53,903 nucleotides of DNA from a virus (IMGVR_UViG_3300028284_000009:1-53903), one strand, 5' to 3'; shown: positions 25,445 through 36,135, counted from the first letter of the stretch. Numbers and translations: made by a program. The notes: a model not told the origin generated them from the letters alone.

Positions 25445-25843
25445 ATGAATAAAATATTCCAATGGCTTACAGGTGGCGTTATCAAGAATATTGGTAACGT
25501 CATTGATGAGCTTACTACTACTGAAGAAGAAAAACTTTTAATTAAGAAGCAGATTCAAGAAATACTAGAGAAAGCTGACAGCGATGCTCAAGCTCAAGTT
25601 ACAGATCGTTGGAAGTCAGATATGACTAGCGATAGCTTTCTGTCCAAGAACATACGCCCGCTTGTCTTAATATACTTAACTGTTATTTTTACTGTTTTAT
25701 CTTTCTTTGATGGTAACATTGGAGGCTTTGCTGTCGCGGAGCAATACGTACCAATTTTCCAATCATTGTTGATCACAGTGTATGGAGCTTACTTCGTAGG
25801 AAGGACTTGGGAAAAATCAAAAAGATCAAGTGATAATAAATAA
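25445..25843 (+). CDS. Holin (3TM/GTA-holin-like)
   Basis: RWKSDM.SDSFLSKNIRP followed by two TM helices and YFVGRTWEK. Confidence 0.8.
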   Translation: MNKIFQWLTGGVIKNIGNVIDELTTTEEEKLLIKKQIQEILEKADSDAQAQVTDRWKSDMTSDSFLSKNIRPLVLIYLTVIFTVLSFFDGNIGGFAVAEQYVPIFQSLLITVYGAYFVGRTWEKSKRSSDNK

Positions 25844-26107
25844 ATGAAAACAATTAAATTAAATCAAATGGAAAACAAGATCACAGCAGAAGAACTAAAA
25901 TTAGTTCAAGAGAACCAAGGAAAAATGACTCAAGCATTATCTCAAGTAGGTGTGTTAGAGACTCAAAAGCATGGTTTGATCGCTCACATTCAAGAGTTGA
26001 ACAAAGAAGTAGAAGACAACAAAAAAGTCTTAGAGGAGAAGTACGGAGCAATCAGTATCAACCTAGAGGACGGAAGCTTCGAAGAAATTAAGAAAGAAGA
26101 AGAGTAA
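25844..26107 (+). CDS. Small coiled-coil protein
   Basis: Helical; ends KYGAISINLEDG. Confidence 0.65.
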   Translation: MKTIKLNQMENKITAEELKLVQENQGKMTQALSQVGVLETQKHGLIAHIQELNKEVEDNKKVLEEKYGAISINLEDGSFEEIKKEEE

Positions 26108-26108
26108 G

Positions 26109-26336
26109 ATGTCATCTGTTATAAGAAAAATTAGTATAGGTTCTGATTACAAAACTGACGCAATGCATTATGCTGTTGGTCAGTCTGTTTATGGGGGTCA
26201 CGAAATATCTCACATACTACACGACGAATCTGATAACTCTTATAGCGTTCACATTAAGAAAAAAGACGAGGTAATGCCGTGGAAGAAGTTTAATTCTAAC
26301 ATGGCAGTATCTGTCGAATACGATCTAGCGTATTAA
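26109..26336 (+). CDS. Hypothetical protein
   Basis: IRKISIG.DYK.DAMHY.VGQ; tightly coupled to neighbours. Confidence 0.7.
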   Translation: MSSVIRKISIGSDYKTDAMHYAVGQSVYGGHEISHILHDESDNSYSVHIKKKDEVMPWKKFNSNMAVSVEYDLAY

Positions 26337-26962
26337 TGCAAAGTTTATTCAGCTTTATTGTAAAGCCTGTAAATAAAAGATATGACAACGAGGTTAAAGT
26401 TGGTAAAAAAACCCTCATAACTAACAGTCGTATAGAATCGTGGAAATCAATTAGTAACGAAGCAATTGTACTTGAGGTACCTAAAGCTTTTACCACTAAG
26501 ATACGTAAAGGTGACACTATAGTGATACATCACAACGTCTTTAGAAGATTCTATGATATTAGAGGCAATCAAAAAGATAGCAGATCAAAATTTATCGATG
26601 ATAAGTTTTTCTGTGATATAGACCAAGTTTATTTATATAAACAAGATGGTAAATGGAACGCTTTTGGAGATCGATGCTTTATAAATCCTATTTTAGATAA
26701 CGACGATTTAACGGCAGATAAAGAAAGAAAGCTTATAGGAATACTGAAATACGGTAATAGTTCCTTAGAAGCTATAGGAATCAATCCTGGTGATCTAGTT
26801 GGTTACACTCCTAATGGTGAGTTTGAATTTGTAATAGATAACGAGAGATTGTACTGTATGAAATCAAATGATATTGTAATTAAATATGAATACGAAGGAA
26901 ACGAAACTAAGTATAATCCAAGCTGGGCAAGCGGCAGTTCAAGAACTGATCAAAGTAGCTAA
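26336..26962 (+). CDS. Tandem GroES-like (two-domain) protein
   Basis: Two units: FIVKP...AIV...IRKGDTIV and CFINP...GIL...INPGDLVGY..GEFEFVIDNERLYCMKSNDI. Confidence 0.65.
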   Translation: MQSLFSFIVKPVNKRYDNEVKVGKKTLITNSRIESWKSISNEAIVLEVPKAFTTKIRKGDTIVIHHNVFRRFYDIRGNQKDSRSKFIDDKFFCDIDQVYLYKQDGKWNAFGDRCFINPILDNDDLTADKERKLIGILKYGNSSLEAIGINPGDLVGYTPNGEFEFVIDNERLYCMKSNDIVIKYEYEGNETKYNPSWASGSSRTDQSS

Positions 26963-27161
26963 AGAAGCAATAGTCGACGGAGGAGAGGATATCTCAGCTG
27001 ATAGACTGAAAAACGCAGCTGCTACAAAAAAGCTTGCTATCTTTGATGCATTTGAAATATTAAAACGTATTGAAGAAGAAGAAGACTTGTTGAACGAAAA
27101 ACCAAAAGAAAAGAAAGAGAAAAAAGCTTTCAGTGGTTTTGCAGAAGGAAGATCTAAGTAA
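26886..27161 (+). CDS. Putative terminase small subunit
   Basis: Helical 91 aa coupled (TAATG) to terL; assigned by position only. Confidence 0.5.
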   Translation: MNTKETKLSIIQAGQAAVQELIKVAKEAIVDGGEDISADRLKNAAATKKLAIFDAFEILKRIEEEEDLLNEKPKEKKEKKAFSGFAEGRSK

Positions 27162-29368
27162 TGTATAAGCAGAGTTTATACAGAATAGTACCTAACCATA
27201 TAAAATCTAGCGTCTTAAAGAAAAAGAACAAGCATAAGAAATGGGAGTATGGGTACAACGAAGAACACGACATGGTTGTCATCAGCAAGACTGGTGAAGT
27301 CGGTGAAGTATATGAGATACAAAATCTTAAAATAGCTTTACCTCTAGAAAATGACGTTGTTACTTTTGAGGGAAATAAATGGATGGCTCAGGAATATCCT
27401 AAAGAGCTCAAGGGGATAAAGACCATCTTTGATTGGAAGAATTATAAAGAAGACTTTAAAGAAGAATGGTATGAATTTATTGATCAAGAGTTTAAAAGAA
27501 GAGAACAAGGTTTTTGGTTTGTTAACAAGGACAAGCCTACTTATATTACTGGTACTCATTTTGTCTACTTGCAGTACTCCAAGATTGATATTGGGAAGCC
27601 AGACTTTAGAGAATCAAACAGATTATTCTTCATATTCTGGGAAGCTTGCAAAGCAGACGGCCGTTGTTATGGAATGTCATATCTCAAGAACAGAAGGTCA
27701 GGTTTTTCGTTCATGGCTTCAGCTGAGACCGTTAACATGGCAACAATATCGTCCGACGCACGGTTTGGAATTCTGTCCAAATCTGGAGCCGATGCAAAGA
27801 AAATGTTCACAGATAAAGTGGTACCTATCAGCGTTAATTACCCGTTCTTCTTCAAACCGATACAAGACGGTATGGACAGGCCCAAAACGGAGATTGCCTA
27901 TCGTGTCCCCGCGTCAAAGCTTACAAGAAGATCCATCACCGAAACCGTTAGGCCCGAGAGTCTTGACGGTCTTGATACCACCGTCGATTGGAAAAACACC
28001 GGTGATAACGCATACGATGGAGAAAAACTAAGACTACTAGTACACGACGAGAGTGGAAAGTGGGAAAGACCGAACAACATATTAAATAACTGGCGAGTTA
28101 CAAAAACGTGTTTAAGATTAGGTTCTAGAATTATTGGAAAGTGTATGATGGGTTCGACCTCAAACGCTTTAGACAAAGGTGGTGCTAATTTTAAAAAACT
28201 ATATAACAATTCAGATGTCACTAAAAGAAACAGCAACGGGCAGACTAGCTCAGGACTATATTCTTTGTTCATACCTATGGAATGGAATTACGAAGGATAC
28301 ATTGATTCTTATGGATTTCCTGTATTCGAAAACCCGAAAGAAAAAGTAGTAGATGCTTTTGGTGATGAAATAAAAATAGGTGTATTAGAGTACTGGAAAA
28401 ATGAAGTAGAAGGATTAAAAGATGACCAAGATGGTTTAAACGAATTCTACAGACAATTTCCTAGAACTACTGAACACGCTTTTAGAGATGAAGCTAAAGA
28501 ATCTTTATTTAATCTAACTAAAATATACGAGCAAATAGATCACAATGCTGATCTCAATAACATAGCTTCTGTTACTATTGGTAGTTTCCAATGGGAGAAC
28601 GGAGTTAGAGATTCTAAAGTTATGTTTATGCCAAATAAGGACGGTAACTTCAGAATATCTTGGGTTCCACCTTATAATCTACAGAATCGTGTAATAGTAA
28701 AGAATGGAACAAAGTATCCAGGTAACGATCACTGTGGAGCATTTGGTTGTGATAGCTATGATATATCAGGCACGGTTGATGGTAGAGGTTCTAATGGATC
28801 TCTTCACGGGTTAACTAAGTTTAGTATGGAAGACGTGCCACCTAATCATTTCTTTTTAGAATATATAGCTAGACCTCAGACGGCTGAGATATTTTTTGAA
28901 GATGTTTTAATGGCTTGCGTATTTTACGGAATGCCTTTGTTATGCGAAAACAATAAACCTAGATTATTATATCATTTCAAAAGAAGAGGTTATAGAGGTT
29001 TTTCAATGAATAGACCTGATAAGGTTTGGAACAAGCTATCTATCACAGAAAAAGACATTGGAGGAATACCTAACTCCAGCGAGGATATCAAGCAAGCGCA
29101 TGCTTCAGCTATTGAAACATATATAAACACAAGCGTTGGCTCTACGGAGGACGGGTTTGGTGATATGTACTTTCAAAGAACGCTAGAAGATTGGGCTAGA
29201 TTCAATATCAACAATAGAACAAAACACGATGCATCTATAAGCTCTGGACTAGCTTTAATGGCTTGCAATAAGAACAGATACATACCAACAGCTAAGAAGG
29301 AATACAAGGCAATAAACTTAGGTATAAAAAAATATGATAACACCGGTTCATCATCAAAAATTATTTAA
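27161..29368 (+). CDS. terL: Terminase large subunit
   Basis: Walker A KNRRSGFS, Walker B LLVHDESGK, coupling motif GST, nuclease GCDSYD/CENN/HDAS. Confidence 0.92.
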   Translation: MYKQSLYRIVPNHIKSSVLKKKNKHKKWEYGYNEEHDMVVISKTGEVGEVYEIQNLKIALPLENDVVTFEGNKWMAQEYPKELKGIKTIFDWKNYKEDFKEEWYEFIDQEFKRREQGFWFVNKDKPTYITGTHFVYLQYSKIDIGKPDFRESNRLFFIFWEACKADGRCYGMSYLKNRRSGFSFMASAETVNMATISSDARFGILSKSGADAKKMFTDKVVPISVNYPFFFKPIQDGMDRPKTEIAYRVPASKLTRRSITETVRPESLDGLDTTVDWKNTGDNAYDGEKLRLLVHDESGKWERPNNILNNWRVTKTCLRLGSRIIGKCMMGSTSNALDKGGANFKKLYNNSDVTKRNSNGQTSSGLYSLFIPMEWNYEGYIDSYGFPVFENPKEKVVDAFGDEIKIGVLEYWKNEVEGLKDDQDGLNEFYRQFPRTTEHAFRDEAKESLFNLTKIYEQIDHNADLNNIASVTIGSFQWENGVRDSKVMFMPNKDGNFRISWVPPYNLQNRVIVKNGTKYPGNDHCGAFGCDSYDISGTVDGRGSNGSLHGLTKFSMEDVPPNHFFLEYIARPQTAEIFFEDVLMACVFYGMPLLCENNKPRLLYHFKRRGYRGFSMNRPDKVWNKLSITEKDIGGIPNSSEDIKQAHASAIETYINTSVGSTEDGFGDMYFQRTLEDWARFNINNRTKHDASISSGLALMACNKNRYIPTAKKEYKAINLGIKKYDNTGSSSKII

Positions 29369-29371
29369 TAA

Positions 29372-31777
29372 ATGAAGATACAGACTAACACTAATAGTTC
29401 ATTTCCTAACCAAGTGGTTAGCGACGAAGTAAAAGCTAGCCTAGAGTACGGTGAGCAAGTCGCTAGAGCGATTGAAGGAGAATGGTTTCAAGAAGGTAGG
29501 TCTGGTAACAGATACGTTCAAAGTTATAGTAATTTTCATCAGTTGAGATTATACGCTCGTGGAGAGCAAAGTGTTCAAAAATATAAAGATGAATTATCCA
29601 TAAACGGTGATTTATCTTATCTTAATTTAGACTGGACACCTGTTCCAGTTATCTCTAAGTTCGTAGATATAGTAGCTAATGGAATGAGCAACAAATCTTA
29701 CGATATATCAACAGTAGCTCAAGATCCTTTTTCAATAAAAAATAAAACTGATTACGCTAAAGCTATAGAAAGCGACATGGCTAATAGACAAGCTTTGGCT
29801 GATATACAAGAGGTTACGGGCAAGGATATGTCGTTGACTCAAAACATGGTAGAGTTACCGGATTCAAAAGATGAGTTGGATATTCACATGCAAATGTCTT
29901 TTAAGCAGAATGTTGAAATTGCTGAAGAAGAAGTTATAAACAACGTATTAGAGTACAACAAGTACAATCAAACTAAAAAGAGATTAGCTACTGATTTAAC
30001 AGTGCTTGGTATTGCCGCTTGTAAGACAAGGTTTGATAAAACAGAAGGTATAAAAATTGATTATGTTGATCCAGCTTATATGGTTTACTCATATACTGAG
30101 GACCCTAACTTTGAAGACGTATACTATGTTGGAGAAGTAAAAGCTATAACAATACCAGAACTTAAGAAACAGTTTCCAGACCTTCCTGAAGAAGAATTAG
30201 AGAAGATACAGAAAATGCCAGGTAATTCCCAGTTTGTAACTGGTTGGGGTAATTACGATGAAAACACTGTTCAAGTAATGTACTTTGAGTATAAAACTTA
30301 TATGAACCAAGTTTTTAAGATAAAGAAAACTGATCAAGGTCTAGAGAAAACATTAGAAAAAACAGACGAATTCAATCCACCACCTAATGATAACTTTGAT
30401 AGAGTATATAGGACCATAGAGGTTTTGTACACTGGCGCAAAAGTATTAGGTAACAATTTCATGTTAGAGTGGAAGATGGCTGAGAACATGACTAGGCCAA
30501 TTGCTGATACTACGAAGGTAGAAATGAATTACTGCATTACAGCTCCTAAAATGTATAAAGGACGTATAGAGTCTATAGTTAGTAGGATAACTGGATTTGC
30601 TGATATGATTCAGCTTACCCACTTGAAACTTCAACAGGTAATGTCTAGGATAGTTCCTGACGGTGTTTTCTTAGATATGGATGGTTTAGCTGAAGTTGAT
30701 TTAGGTAACGGAACTAATTACAATCCAGCAGAAGCTCTTAATATGTATTTTCAAACTGGATCTGTGGTTGGTAGATCATTGACTCAAGAAGGAGGTATGA
30801 ACGCAGGTAAGGTGCCTATTCAAGAACTATCAACATCTTCAGGCCAAGCTAAGATACAAAGTTTAATTGGTACTTATCAGTACTACTTACAGATGATTCG
30901 TGACGTAACTGGATTAAACGAAGCTAGAGATGGAAGTGCTCCAGATAAAGATGCTTTAGTTGGATTGCAAAAGCTAGCGGTAAACGCTTCTAACACAGCC
31001 ACTAAGCACTTAATGGATTCGTTGTTATACATCACACTTAGAATGTGTGAAAACATAAGTCTAAAGGTAGCTGATATATTACAGAATCCACTTACCGAGA
31101 ACTCGTTAACAAACTCTATTAGTAAATTTAATAAAGAGACATTGATAGAGCTTAGAAATCTACAGCTGCATGATTTTGGTATATTTTTAGAAATGGAACC
31201 AGAGCAAGAGGAGAAAGCTTTACTAGAACAAAACGTTCAAATGGCTTTACAAACAGGTGCCATCGCTTTGTCAGATGCGATTGATATCAGAGAAATAAAG
31301 AACACTAAGCTAGCTAACCAGTTTTTGAAACTTAGACAACGTCAGAAAATAGAAAGAGAACAAGCAGCTCAGCAGCAAAACATACAGGCTCAAGCGCAGG
31401 CTAATGCTGAATCCGCTGAAAAAGCAGCTATGTTTGAAGTGCAAAAGCAACAAGCTTTAACTCAAGAGAAAGTTAGTATAGAGCAAGCTAAGTCTCAATT
31501 CGAGATACAAAGAATGCAAACGGAAGCTCAAATCAAAAGAGAGTTAATGGCTGAAGAATTTGGATATCAAATGCAGCTAGCGCAGGCTAGGATACAAGCA
31601 GAGTCTTCTAAAGATAAAGAAATTGAAGATAGAAAAGATAAAAGAGTAAAAATACAAGGAACACAGCAATCAGAGCTAATAGACCAAAGACAAAATGATC
31701 TATTACCAAAAAACTTTGAATCCGCTGGAAACGATAATTTAGATGGGTTTGGATTAGAACAATTTGGGCCTAGCTAG
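29372..31777 (+). CDS. Portal protein
   Basis: 801 aa after terL; VTGLNEARDG motif; Q-rich C-terminal coiled-coil barrel. Confidence 0.85.
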   Translation: MKIQTNTNSSFPNQVVSDEVKASLEYGEQVARAIEGEWFQEGRSGNRYVQSYSNFHQLRLYARGEQSVQKYKDELSINGDLSYLNLDWTPVPVISKFVDIVANGMSNKSYDISTVAQDPFSIKNKTDYAKAIESDMANRQALADIQEVTGKDMSLTQNMVELPDSKDELDIHMQMSFKQNVEIAEEEVINNVLEYNKYNQTKKRLATDLTVLGIAACKTRFDKTEGIKIDYVDPAYMVYSYTEDPNFEDVYYVGEVKAITIPELKKQFPDLPEEELEKIQKMPGNSQFVTGWGNYDENTVQVMYFEYKTYMNQVFKIKKTDQGLEKTLEKTDEFNPPPNDNFDRVYRTIEVLYTGAKVLGNNFMLEWKMAENMTRPIADTTKVEMNYCITAPKMYKGRIESIVSRITGFADMIQLTHLKLQQVMSRIVPDGVFLDMDGLAEVDLGNGTNYNPAEALNMYFQTGSVVGRSLTQEGGMNAGKVPIQELSTSSGQAKIQSLIGTYQYYLQMIRDVTGLNEARDGSAPDKDALVGLQKLAVNASNTATKHLMDSLLYITLRMCENISLKVADILQNPLTENSLTNSISKFNKETLIELRNLQLHDFGIFLEMEPEQEEKALLEQNVQMALQTGAIALSDAIDIREIKNTKLANQFLKLRQRQKIEREQAAQQQNIQAQAQANAESAEKAAMFEVQKQQALTQEKVSIEQAKSQFEIQRMQTEAQIKRELMAEEFGYQMQLAQARIQAESSKDKEIEDRKDKRVKIQGTQQSELIDQRQNDLLPKNFESAGNDNLDGFGLEQFGPS

Positions 31778-31807
31778 TATTTATTAATTATTTAATCATA
31801 TTATATT

Positions 31808-32941
31808 ATGTCAGAAACAAAGCAGGAAGGAGACTTTAAGATAAAGTCAAAACCTAAAATGAAGAAATTTAACAATAAGTCTGGAGAACCTGTTAAGGTA
31901 GATTTATCAAAACCGGTTGAAGAAACAACCAAAGTGGTTATTCCTAGTGAAGAGCCAGCCAAGGTAGCTGTGGAAGAAGAGGTTAAACCGATTCTAGAAG
32001 AAATTGTAGAAGAAGTAGTTGTAGAAAAAGCAAAAGAACCTGAAGAAGAACCTACGATGATTGGAGAACTTCAAACTACTAAGTTTGAGCCAGAGGAAAT
32101 TATAGCTGAAACAGCAACGCTACCTGAGAACATAGAGAAATTAGTTTCTTTTATGAACGAGACAGGTGGTAATATTGAAGATTACGTAAGATTAAACGCG
32201 GATTATTCTTCCGTCGATGATAACACATTGTTAAAAGAATACTATAAAAAATCTAAGCCACATCTCAACGCTGATGAGATCTCTTTTCTAATGGAAGATA
32301 AATTTTCTTACGATGAAGAGATTGATGATGAAAGAGATATTAGATTTAAGAAACTAGCAATTAAAGAAGAGATTGCAGAGGCTAGAACCTTTCTAGAGCA
32401 AACAAAGAGTAAATACTACGACGAAATCAAGTTGAGACCCGGCGTAACTCAAAAGCAACAGAAAGCAACTGACTTCTTCGATCGATATAATCAGGACCAG
32501 AAAGTAGCTGAGCAACAACACTTAGACTTTAAATCCAAAACTAATAAATATTTTTCCGACGATTTCAAAGGTTTTGATTTCAATGTTAGCGGGAAAAAAT
32601 TTAGGTATGGAGTACAAGATCCAGGTAAAGTAGCAGAAGACCAATCTAACATTAACAACTTTGTAGGGAAGTTCCTAGACAAGAAAGGTAATGTAACAGA
32701 CGAGAAAGGTTATCACAAAGCGCTATATATGGCTTCCAATGCTGATACAATCATTAATCATTTCTATGAACAAGGAAAATCAGACGCTACCAAACAGATT
32801 GTTAGTAGCTCTAAAAATCCTAGCTTGGATGTTAGACAACCAGCTCAGAAAAATGGATTTGTTAATGGTATTAAAGCAAAGGTACTAGGCCAAGACGGAA
32901 GAGACTCTTCTAAATTGAGTATAAAAAGAATTAAAATTTAA
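31808..32941 (+). CDS. Putative scaffolding protein
   Basis: Acidic N-terminus, helical, between portal and capsid genes. Confidence 0.6.
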   Translation: MSETKQEGDFKIKSKPKMKKFNNKSGEPVKVDLSKPVEETTKVVIPSEEPAKVAVEEEVKPILEEIVEEVVVEKAKEPEEEPTMIGELQTTKFEPEEIIAETATLPENIEKLVSFMNETGGNIEDYVRLNADYSSVDDNTLLKEYYKKSKPHLNADEISFLMEDKFSYDEEIDDERDIRFKKLAIKEEIAEARTFLEQTKSKYYDEIKLRPGVTQKQQKATDFFDRYNQDQKVAEQQHLDFKSKTNKYFSDDFKGFDFNVSGKKFRYGVQDPGKVAEDQSNINNFVGKFLDKKGNVTDEKGYHKALYMASNADTIINHFYEQGKSDATKQIVSSSKNPSLDVRQPAQKNGFVNGIKAKVLGQDGRDSSKLSIKRIKI

Positions 32942-32952
32942 AAACAAGAATT

Positions 32953-34410
32953 ATGGCAGTAACACCAACATTCGGTTCAATTAAGCCGAGTCAAAAACAA
33001 CAATTATTAGAATCTAACTACCTTTCTTTCAACGGAGGATCAGGAGATGGAGATTCAAACTCATTTGCACAACAGTACTTACCTGAGATCTACGAACAAG
33101 AAGTAGAGCGTTACGGAAACAGAACTTTATCTGGATTCTTACGCATGGTTGGAGCTGAAATGCCAATGTCTTCTGATCAAGTAATTTGGTCTGAACAAAA
33201 TAGATTACACGTAGCTTACAATGACGTTTCTACAACAGCAGTAGCGAATGAATTAACTTTCGTAGTTGGTGGAACTGGAAAAGACTTTGTAGAGAATGTT
33301 ATTTCTAAAAATCAAACTATCGTAATTTTAGATCCTGCTGGAATTGAGATTAAAGCTTTAGTTATTGAGTCTTCTCAAACTGCATCTTTAGCAACTTTAT
33401 TAGTAGCTCCTTATACAGCTGCTGATTTAACTGGCTTTGCAGCTTCTGGATTGAAGATCTTTGTATACGGTTCTGAATATGACAAAGGAGTATCTGTTAC
33501 CAACTCTACTGGAGCTGGAGATATTTCAGGTTACAAAACAGTAAACCCTTCTTTCACACAATTCTCTAACTCGCCTATTATTATTAGAAACAAATTTGTT
33601 GTATCTGGTTCTGACATGGCACAGATTGGATGGGTTGAAGTGGCTACAGAAGATGGAACTGGAGGATACTTATGGTATTTGAAAGCTGAATCTGAAACTA
33701 GATTACGTTTTGAAGACTATTTAGAAATGGCTGTAGTAGAAGGAGAATTAGCTACTGGAGCAGCTGCTTCTAGTGTTAAAGGAACCCAAGGTTTATTTGC
33801 TGCTATCAAAGATAGAGGTAATACAAACGTAGGATTTACTGCTGCAGGTGGTTTAGCTACTTTTGACGAGATCTTGAAAAACTTAGATACACAAGGAGCG
33901 ATTGAAGAAAATATGTTATTCTTGAACAGACAAACATCTTTAGACTTTGATGATATGCTAGCTGGTGTAGGTGCTGCTTCAGGCGGTGTTTATGCAGGTG
34001 GTAGTTCTTATGGAGTATTTGAAAACTCTGAAGATATGGCGTTGAACTTAGGTTTCTCTGGTTTCAGACGTGGATCTTACGACTTTTATAAGACTGACTG
34101 GAAATACTTAAACGATGCATCAACTCGTGGAGCAATCCAAGGAGCTACAGCTAGTGTTGAAGGTGTTTTAGTTCCTGCTGGAACTTCTACTGTTTATGAT
34201 CAAATCTTAGGAACTAACATCAGACGTCCATTCTTGCACGTTAGATATAGAGCTTCTCAAGCTGATGATAGAAGAATGAAGTCTTGGTTAACTGGTTCTG
34301 CCGGTGGAGCAGCGTCTTCTGACTTAGATGCAATGGAAGTAAACTTCTTATCTGAAAGATGTTTATGTGTACAAGCAGCTAACAACTTCGTATTATTTCA
34401 AGGAGTATAA
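32953..34410 (+). CDS. Major capsid protein
   Basis: 485 aa, strongly biased codon usage, position, downstream hairpin. Confidence 0.85.
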   Translation: MAVTPTFGSIKPSQKQQLLESNYLSFNGGSGDGDSNSFAQQYLPEIYEQEVERYGNRTLSGFLRMVGAEMPMSSDQVIWSEQNRLHVAYNDVSTTAVANELTFVVGGTGKDFVENVISKNQTIVILDPAGIEIKALVIESSQTASLATLLVAPYTAADLTGFAASGLKIFVYGSEYDKGVSVTNSTGAGDISGYKTVNPSFTQFSNSPIIIRNKFVVSGSDMAQIGWVEVATEDGTGGYLWYLKAESETRLRFEDYLEMAVVEGELATGAAASSVKGTQGLFAAIKDRGNTNVGFTAAGGLATFDEILKNLDTQGAIEENMLFLNRQTSLDFDDMLAGVGAASGGVYAGGSSYGVFENSEDMALNLGFSGFRRGSYDFYKTDWKYLNDASTRGAIQGATASVEGVLVPAGTSTVYDQILGTNIRRPFLHVRYRASQADDRRMKSWLTGSAGGAASSDLDAMEVNFLSERCLCVQAANNFVLFQGV

Positions 34411-34424
34411 TTATTATGTAATCT

Positions 34425-34460
34425 TTACCCTCGTTATATCGACGGGGGTAACTATTACCC
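34425..34460 (+). terminator. Stem-loop after capsid gene (terminator/attenuator)
   Basis: TTACCCTCGT-7nt-ACGGGGGTAA; alternative hairpin GGGTAA-CTA-TTACCC; weak U tract. Confidence 0.55.
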
Positions 34461-34488
34461 TTAACAAACTATTTAATTTTATTATATT

Positions 34489-35310
34489 ATGGCAAAACAA
34501 GCTACAGCTAAGAAGACCGAGGTGGCACCTCAGGCAATCGTAGAACCTATTAAAGTTGCTACGCCACCAAAACCAACGTGGGAAATAAAAGACAGAACGT
34601 ATATATTAGCTAGAGGAATGAGTCCTTTAACTATGACAATACCTTCAAAACATACACTAAAGCATTCTCTACTGTATTTCGACGAAGCCTCAGGCGAACA
34701 AAAAGAAATAAGATATGCTACTAATCAAGCCTCTGTGTTTGTTGAAGAACAGAAAGGAGAAGCAACCTTAGGTCATATTGTATTTAAAGATGGTATTTTA
34801 ACAGTGCCTAAGCAAAAACAAAGCTTACAAAAGTTATTATCACTTTATCATCCACTAAGAGGTAAGCTTTATAACGAATTTAAACCTGTACAAGTTGCTG
34901 CAGAAGAATTTGATATTTTATCTTTACAAGTAGACGCTATGACGGCAGCAAGAGAAATGGATATCGACATGGCTGAAGCTATAATGAGAGTTGAGGTCGG
35001 ATCTAAGGTGGATAAGATGAGTTCTAAGGAGCTTAGAAGAGACTTGTTATTGTTTTCTAGAAGTCAACCAGAGTTGTTCTTAGAATTAGCGTCTGATGAT
35101 AATGTTCCTTTAAGAAACTTTGCTATTAAAGCAGTTGAATTTGGAATAATCAAACTAGCTCAAGACCAGAGAACATTTACCTGGGCGTCTAACGGTAGAA
35201 AATTAATGACAGTTCCATTCGATGAACACCCTTACTCTGCTATGGCAGCATTCTTCAAGACCGATGAAGGTTTAGAAATATACAGATCAATTGAGAAAAA
35301 GTTCTCATAA
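34489..35310 (+). CDS. Hypothetical protein in structural block
   Basis: 273-aa ORF. Confidence 0.75.
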   Translation: MAKQATAKKTEVAPQAIVEPIKVATPPKPTWEIKDRTYILARGMSPLTMTIPSKHTLKHSLLYFDEASGEQKEIRYATNQASVFVEEQKGEATLGHIVFKDGILTVPKQKQSLQKLLSLYHPLRGKLYNEFKPVQVAAEEFDILSLQVDAMTAAREMDIDMAEAIMRVEVGSKVDKMSSKELRRDLLLFSRSQPELFLELASDDNVPLRNFAIKAVEFGIIKLAQDQRTFTWASNGRKLMTVPFDEHPYSAMAAFFKTDEGLEIYRSIEKKFS

Positions 35311-35320
35311 CATGTAATAC

Positions 35321-35355
35321 TAATATAGGGCTCGTTAACTCGGGCCTTTATATTA
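35321..35355 (+). terminator. Stem-loop, probable terminator
   Basis: TAATATAGGGCTCG-TTAACT-CGGGCCTTTATATTA. Confidence 0.5.
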
Positions 35356-35370
35356 TAATAAATAAAAAAA

Positions 35371-36135
35371 ATGGCAATAAACGTAGACACAGTATACAAG
35401 ACAGTCCTACTTATACTGAACAAAGAACAGAGAGGTTACGTAACCCCTGACGAGTTCAATAAGACAGCTACTCAAGTACAGCTTGATATATTCGAACAAT
35501 ACTTCGAAGACTTAAACCAGCAACTACGAGTGCCGCAATCAGATTACGATTACTCGGATAGACAGATGAGTATCGACGAGAAAATATCTCCTTTTAAAAC
35601 AAGTGGCGACTGCGTGTATAGCAGTGGTAAGTTCAGTTTACCCGTATTGGATGCTGACGGTAACACAGTTTTAAACTCAGGGATAGAACCAACAGCGTTT
35701 ACCCAAGTTTCTTTTTATAAAATAGGTACGCCAATATACTCTCCAGCAAGCGGCTTTCCAACAGAGGTACAAAGATTGCAACGTAATGATTTTTATAATA
35801 TTGAAAAATCACCATTAACAGCTTCAGTTAAAGCTTTTCCAACTTATTTATACGAGTCTAATAAAATAACTATTAGACCGACTAGCATAACCGATGGCGT
35901 TAGTGTTAGTTTTATAAGAAAACCTAGAAACGTAATATGGAACTACACTCTTGGTAACTTAGGTCAGTATGTATACACAGCTACAGGTTCTCAGCAAATA
36001 GAACTAAACTCTTCAGAGCAAGTTGAATTCATAACTAGAGTATTGTTTTACTCTGGCGTTATAATTAGAGATCCTCAAGTTATACAGGTAGCTGCTCAAG
36101 AAATACAGAACAACGAAATAAATCAAAAAAGCTAA
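35371..36135 (+). CDS. Putative head-tail adaptor/tail ring protein
   Basis: GYVTPDEFN..A..VQLDIF and FIRKP motifs; position. Confidence 0.6.
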   Translation: MAINVDTVYKTVLLILNKEQRGYVTPDEFNKTATQVQLDIFEQYFEDLNQQLRVPQSDYDYSDRQMSIDEKISPFKTSGDCVYSSGKFSLPVLDADGNTVLNSGIEPTAFTQVSFYKIGTPIYSPASGFPTEVQRLQRNDFYNIEKSPLTASVKAFPTYLYESNKITIRPTSITDGVSVSFIRKPRNVIWNYTLGNLGQYVYTATGSQQIELNSSEQVEFITRVLFYSGVIIRDPQVIQVAAQEIQNNEINQKS

